Program-made: the position numbers and the translations under genes
The notes under the pieces: model-generated
What the model saw: the letters and a program-made list of their open reading frames with translations, nothing else
What the model was told of the DNA's origin: nothing
The model's database searches: none
Part shown: in pieces, positions 61,401 to 64,000 of the stretch
Position numbering within the stretch: position 1 is the stretch's first letter
Layout of the letters: each line of letters starts with the position of its first letter
Assembly (NCBI GenBank): GCA_040954595.2
Contig: CM082576.2
Location: 4,562,760 to 4,626,759 of the forward strand
DNA: 64,000 nt
Reading direction: 5' to 3'
From: Balanoglossus misakiensis
Lineage: Eukaryota; Animalia; Hemichordata

Positions 61401-64000
61401 AGCATATTAGTCGATCAGCTGGATCGAGAAGCCCAGTGTCATAATTCCCAGCTTTCAGTTTCTCCCAATTTACTGCTACTGAAAATGCATGATCACCATG
61501 GAAGCTCCATGGTGAGTACCGAAAGGAGCCGGACATCAAAACGCTTAATAAATAATTTCTGTTTGTGCTCAAATGTTAGTGAAGTCCGTGCAGAATGAAA
61601 GTCACATGTAATTCTGTGCTTGAAAAGTCTCGCTAGAATTTGCAAAGCTTTTTCAATGCATGTTGTTTGGAAAGGACAGTCACACTGTCTGGTTGCAGGT
61701 GGATGTCAAAGCGCCCTCTACAGATTGAAAATGCTGTCAGACAAGAGGGTAATCATGTATACAGATGTTAATACTTTCATGTCAGAGTTAAAAGTTTTTT
61801 TCAGGGTGACTTGATCACCAAGTTAACTCTGTCTTCTTCTTTTCTGTTTGCAGTAAGGACGAGGGAGACAAGTACTTGATGTTGGAGAGGATGCAGAGAG
61901 CAGCACAAGGCATGTGTGGCCAGACGACGAATAACGAAGGAGAGGACAGCGGCATTGAGGCCGGCTGCTCTAGTTCTCCCTGTCCCTCTGCCGGGGAGTC
62001 AAGTCCCGGATATTCTATCTACAACTCGCCGGGATTCATGACGACGAACGAGATCGAGATGGAGGTGGACTGTGAAATTATCAAGATAGAGGAGTCGCAG
62101 GTCATACCGGATCCCGTCAGACACGCCCAGACGCAGAAGATCGTCAAGCCAAAGGAGACGGACACTGTGAGCTTTGCCGGGCTCGCAGAGAAAACCAAGG
62201 GCGAGGTCAAAGACGAAGCGGGCAAGGAGGCGGACAAGAGTGTGGACTTGAAATCACCGGGCAAGGCGGAGGACATTGTGATTGTCAGTGAGGAGCCCTG
62301 CCCGGCCCCGCAAGTGAAATTCGAAAGGCCCAATGAAAGGACTGATAGCAGTAGTAGTTGTGGTAGTGCTCTGAGGTTAGACTCCAATTACACTCACAAC
62401 GGCTCGCCAGCCAGCGACGCAGACTCAATGTGTAGCAGTAGTGACATAAGCTCAGTTACCTCACCCCCGGACATGTTCTCCTTTGAAACCAAAGATCAGA
62501 AAACTCTCCCCGTCATCGAGGACGAGGGAGACGAAAACATGGACGAGAGCATGATCAAGGACTTGTTGGAAATAACCAAAGATGATTACAAAAAGGACAG
62601 TAACGGAAAAGAGAAAGGGCAAGCGGGCTCTGATTACACTAATGTGCTCTTCACAGTGACGAGCCCACAGGACTTCCCTAATTCTCAGAGTCCGGAGGTC
62701 AAAGCCGTGCCGATGGACAGCCCGCTCTCCACGTGCACCCAGGACACGGGGGTCAGAACCCCGGGCTCCCCGGACAGTTTTGGAGCCTTCCTCAATAGTC
62801 CAGTCAGTCCCACTAGGCAATTTTTAGACTCTGAACTGAGCGACATTGTAGATAAGCTCGGTAGCGAGGACATGGAGGACCCCGCGGACCTCTTCTCGTC
62901 CCTCCTCGGCAATAACAGTTCTCCGTTCACTCTCTCTTCCAATGTGCCCACGGCAAAAGTGACCACGGTCGTCTCTGGCGACAGCACGAAAGGGATCCCA
63001 CCGGGGATTCTGGAAACCACCATACACCGATTGGACACCGTACAAAAAGGCAACAGCGCAGCCGCCTCCGCCGCAGACAGTGACAGTGACGTGCTTCCAG
63101 ACGAACTGGCGGAATTCTCCATGGAGTTCTGCGACAAACTCGTGGATCAGATGGCGGAGAGTGCCATGTCGCAGTGGGGAGGGGAGAACATGGACGTGAC
63201 GGAGATGCCGGAACTACCGAGTAACATGATGACCTGGTTCAACCGGGTGATGGCGACCCCGCCGGCCAACGCCTGCCTCTTGAATTCGTCGGCGCAGAGC
63301 GGCGAGGCTGACAAACCACTCCTGCTGAACTCAAACGGACAGGTGTACGTCCCGCCCGGCGAGGCGCCAGAGGATGAGGACGACACGCCCATCCAGGAGA
63401 AGTGCCCGACTCTGTTCAAACACCTGACGGCGCAGTCAGCCATGGAACAGAACAACAAACGGCAGCAAGAGGCCCAACTGCAACAACAGCAGCCGCAGCA
63501 AGCGTGGCAAGGAATGATGCCAGCATCGTCACAACAAGTGACGCAGCAGGTGACGGAGGAAATCTCAAAGCTGGAAATCAAAGACGAGCAGAAGACACCT
63601 TTACTACGCGCACTCCTGACAGGCGACCAGGCCAACCCGTTGGCCAACGAGAGGCAACAGCCGGGCATGGGCGAAGTGGTCGGCGGCAGCCTGACGCCCA
63701 TGGAGAGCCAAATCACCGACACCATACTGGACATGGAGCGAAACACCGGGGAGGTGGGGCCGAACACCAACGTCCCCGTACTGCAGTTTGAGAACAACAA
63801 CATCGCCCAGCAGACGGACCTGCTGCTGCTGCAGGAGCAGCAGAGGCAGCGCTACCTGCTGGAACAGCAGCAGAAGGTGCAGCAGAAGCGGCTGATGGAG
63901 GAGCAGAACCTGGAGATCGAGCGCACCAAACAGAAACAGCAGAAGCAGCTGCTGCTGCAGCAACTGCTGCAGCAGAGACTGATCGAGAAACAGCTGGAGG
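12796..64000 (+). CDS. Class I bHLH-PAS transcription factor, HIF-alpha/SIM/NPAS1-3-like, 3' end outside window; join(12796..12815,45369..45541,47016..47134,48488..48577,48796..48967,49139..49257,55808..55992,57063..57169,58360..58504,61854..>64000), >1092 aa
   Basis: Ten GT-AG exons join in one open frame: bHLH ([14 protein letters not shown]...LAKLLP...[17 protein letters not shown]), PAS-A (SLNGFV...VLYVADNV...EFIHPDD...ERSFFMRM) and PAS-B/PAC ([17 protein letters not shown]...[16 protein letters not shown]...VCQNYVI). Exact orthology is unresolved, so no symbol is given. Confidence 0.93.
23850..23938. mobile_element. Kolobok-like MITE, family A copy 3 (right-end fragment)
   Basis: ccatggtaactgtggataaattttcataggtgactgaatacct|ttaa matches the right end of the family. 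Confidence 0.65.
28819..28913. mobile_element. piggyBac-like MITE, family B copy 1 (87 bp plus TTAA TSDs)
   Basis: TTAA|ccctttcacc ... ggtgaaaggg|TTAA; TTAA TSD with CCC/GGG termini. Confidence 0.8.
29992..30125. mobile_element. Kolobok-like MITE, family A copy 4 (internally deleted)
   Basis: tcacctccaat...gccacccagtgaa...tgtgattggctagatctca...ccatgctaac...ggtgattatctacct. Confidence 0.65.
34699..34916. repeat. Polypyrimidine (C/T-rich) low-complexity tract
   Basis: About 220 nt dominated by C/T (ccctcc, ctct motifs) on the plus strand. Confidence 0.85.
38313..38399 (+). repeat. G-run cluster (potential G-quadruplex)
   Basis: About ten runs of three or more G with short spacers, including two long poly-G runs. 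Confidence 0.7.
45369..45541 (+). CDS. bHLH-PAS exon 2: bHLH domain
   Basis: tttacag|G...AAAG|gtagcc; [57 protein letters not shown]. Confidence 0.95.
47016..47134 (+). CDS. bHLH-PAS exon 3: bHLH to PAS-A linker
   Basis: tttacag|AA...GAG|gtacag; phase 1 to 0; ends GALMLE, the position of SHLLQ/GFYLK-type helices just before PAS-A. Confidence 0.85.
48488..48577 (+). CDS. bHLH-PAS exon 4: start of PAS-A
   Basis: cttgcag|TCG...CAG|gtgtgt; [30 protein letters not shown]. Confidence 0.95.
48796..48967 (+). CDS. bHLH-PAS exon 5: PAS-A
   Basis: ctacag|CAC...TCAG|gttagt; [24 protein letters not shown] followed by a variable loop. Confidence 0.92.
49139..49257 (+). CDS. bHLH-PAS exon 6: PAS-A
   Basis: tttacag|AG...AGG|gtaagt; [28 protein letters not shown]. 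Confidence 0.92.
52034..54815 (+). mobile_element. Non-autonomous Helentron-type (HINE/DINE-1-like) rolling-circle element in intron 6
   Basis: 5' end has a perfect 14-bp hairpin ggggaccaagcgcc-ctca-ggcgcttggtcccc (52039-52070) followed by a TTC-rich tract. 3' end has an imperfect subterminal inverted repeat gcttgggctcc, a short stem gctgc-tt-gcagc and tttaattt. T-rich insertion site, no TSD. Confidence 0.7.
53099..53833. mobile_element. PIF/Harbinger-type MITE (735 bp) nested in the Helentron-type element
   Basis: TTA|ggctgcattcacaaa ... tttgtgaatgcagcc|TTA: perfect 15-bp TIRs and a 3-bp TWA TSD; G-run/C-run-rich subterminal regions. Confidence 0.88.
55808..55992 (+). CDS. bHLH-PAS exon 7: end of PAS-A and start of PAS-B
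   Basis: atttcag|CTG...AG|gtgagt; LVQCSGRLK...GLICICRP...[27 protein letters not shown]. Confidence 0.95.
57063..57169 (+). CDS. bHLH-PAS exon 8: PAS-B
   Basis: attgcag|A...T|gtaagt; [35 protein letters not shown]. Confidence 0.95.
58360..58504 (+). CDS. bHLH-PAS exon 9: PAS-B/PAC
   Basis: ttcacag|TG...GG|gtaagt; [49 protein letters not shown]. Confidence 0.95.
58869..58966. mobile_element. piggyBac-like MITE, family B copy 2 (diverged)
   Basis: ccctttcacgcc...tttagagttccaact...ggactagaccatggtggtgaagggg aligns end to end with 28823-28909. Confidence 0.7.
59359..59516. mobile_element. Kolobok-like MITE, family A copy 5 (ends eroded)
   Basis: tatggctgaaatggcatatttgagcgttctaaagaacatatggtggcgctcttttt...gtgccacccactgaaaatctgtgattggctagatctcaatttgccatg matches copy 1. 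Confidence 0.8.
61854..64000 (+). CDS. bHLH-PAS exon 10 (partial): long acidic, Ser/Pro-rich then Gln-rich C-terminal region
   Basis: Strong acceptor tcttcttcttttctgtttgcag|T in phase 2; 715 stop-free codons to the window edge with GC-rich third positions. It is missing from the ORF track, probably because no stop lies within the window. Confidence 0.92.

Noticed and set aside
61710-61725. CTCF-like word agcgccctctacag upstream of exon 10
   Set aside because: Single partial motif match; not supportable without ChIP or conservation data.
62019-63963. Several minus-strand and alternative-frame ORFs of 73-218 aa
   Set aside because: Shadows of the GC3-rich plus-strand exon 10.

Overview
This is AT-rich, intron-containing animal genomic DNA, probably from an invertebrate (taxon not determinable here). 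It holds two divergently oriented spliced genes that I reconstructed by hand from GT-AG sites and reading-frame phase. (1) Minus strand, 7875->4255: a 5-exon, 410-aa predicted secreted protein with a signal peptide, a 12-Cys Ly6/uPAR three-finger domain, 20 x 9-aa Thr-rich mucin repeats and a PAN/Apple domain, and no TM or GPI tail. (2) Plus strand, 12796->beyond 64000: a class I bHLH-PAS transcription factor of the HIF-alpha/SIM/NPAS1-3 (trachealess) group. It has a 20-nt first coding exon, a 32.5-kb first intron and a >2.1-kb tenth exon; the tail has no LxxLAP motif in the visible part but carries SUMO, SUMO-interacting, DSG-degron-like, LxxLL and Gln-rich motifs. Non-coding DNA contains non-autonomous DNA transposons: a five-copy Kolobok-like MITE, a two-copy piggyBac-like MITE, a Helentron-type element with a nested PIF/Harbinger MITE, and a 25-bp palindrome with an 8-bp TSD. 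There is also a strong excess of TACATGTA/TACCGGTA words resembling Tc1/mariner excision footprints, including a stacked chain at 60447-60486. I recognised no RNA genes, CRISPR arrays or transposase ORFs. All coordinates and counts are by eye.
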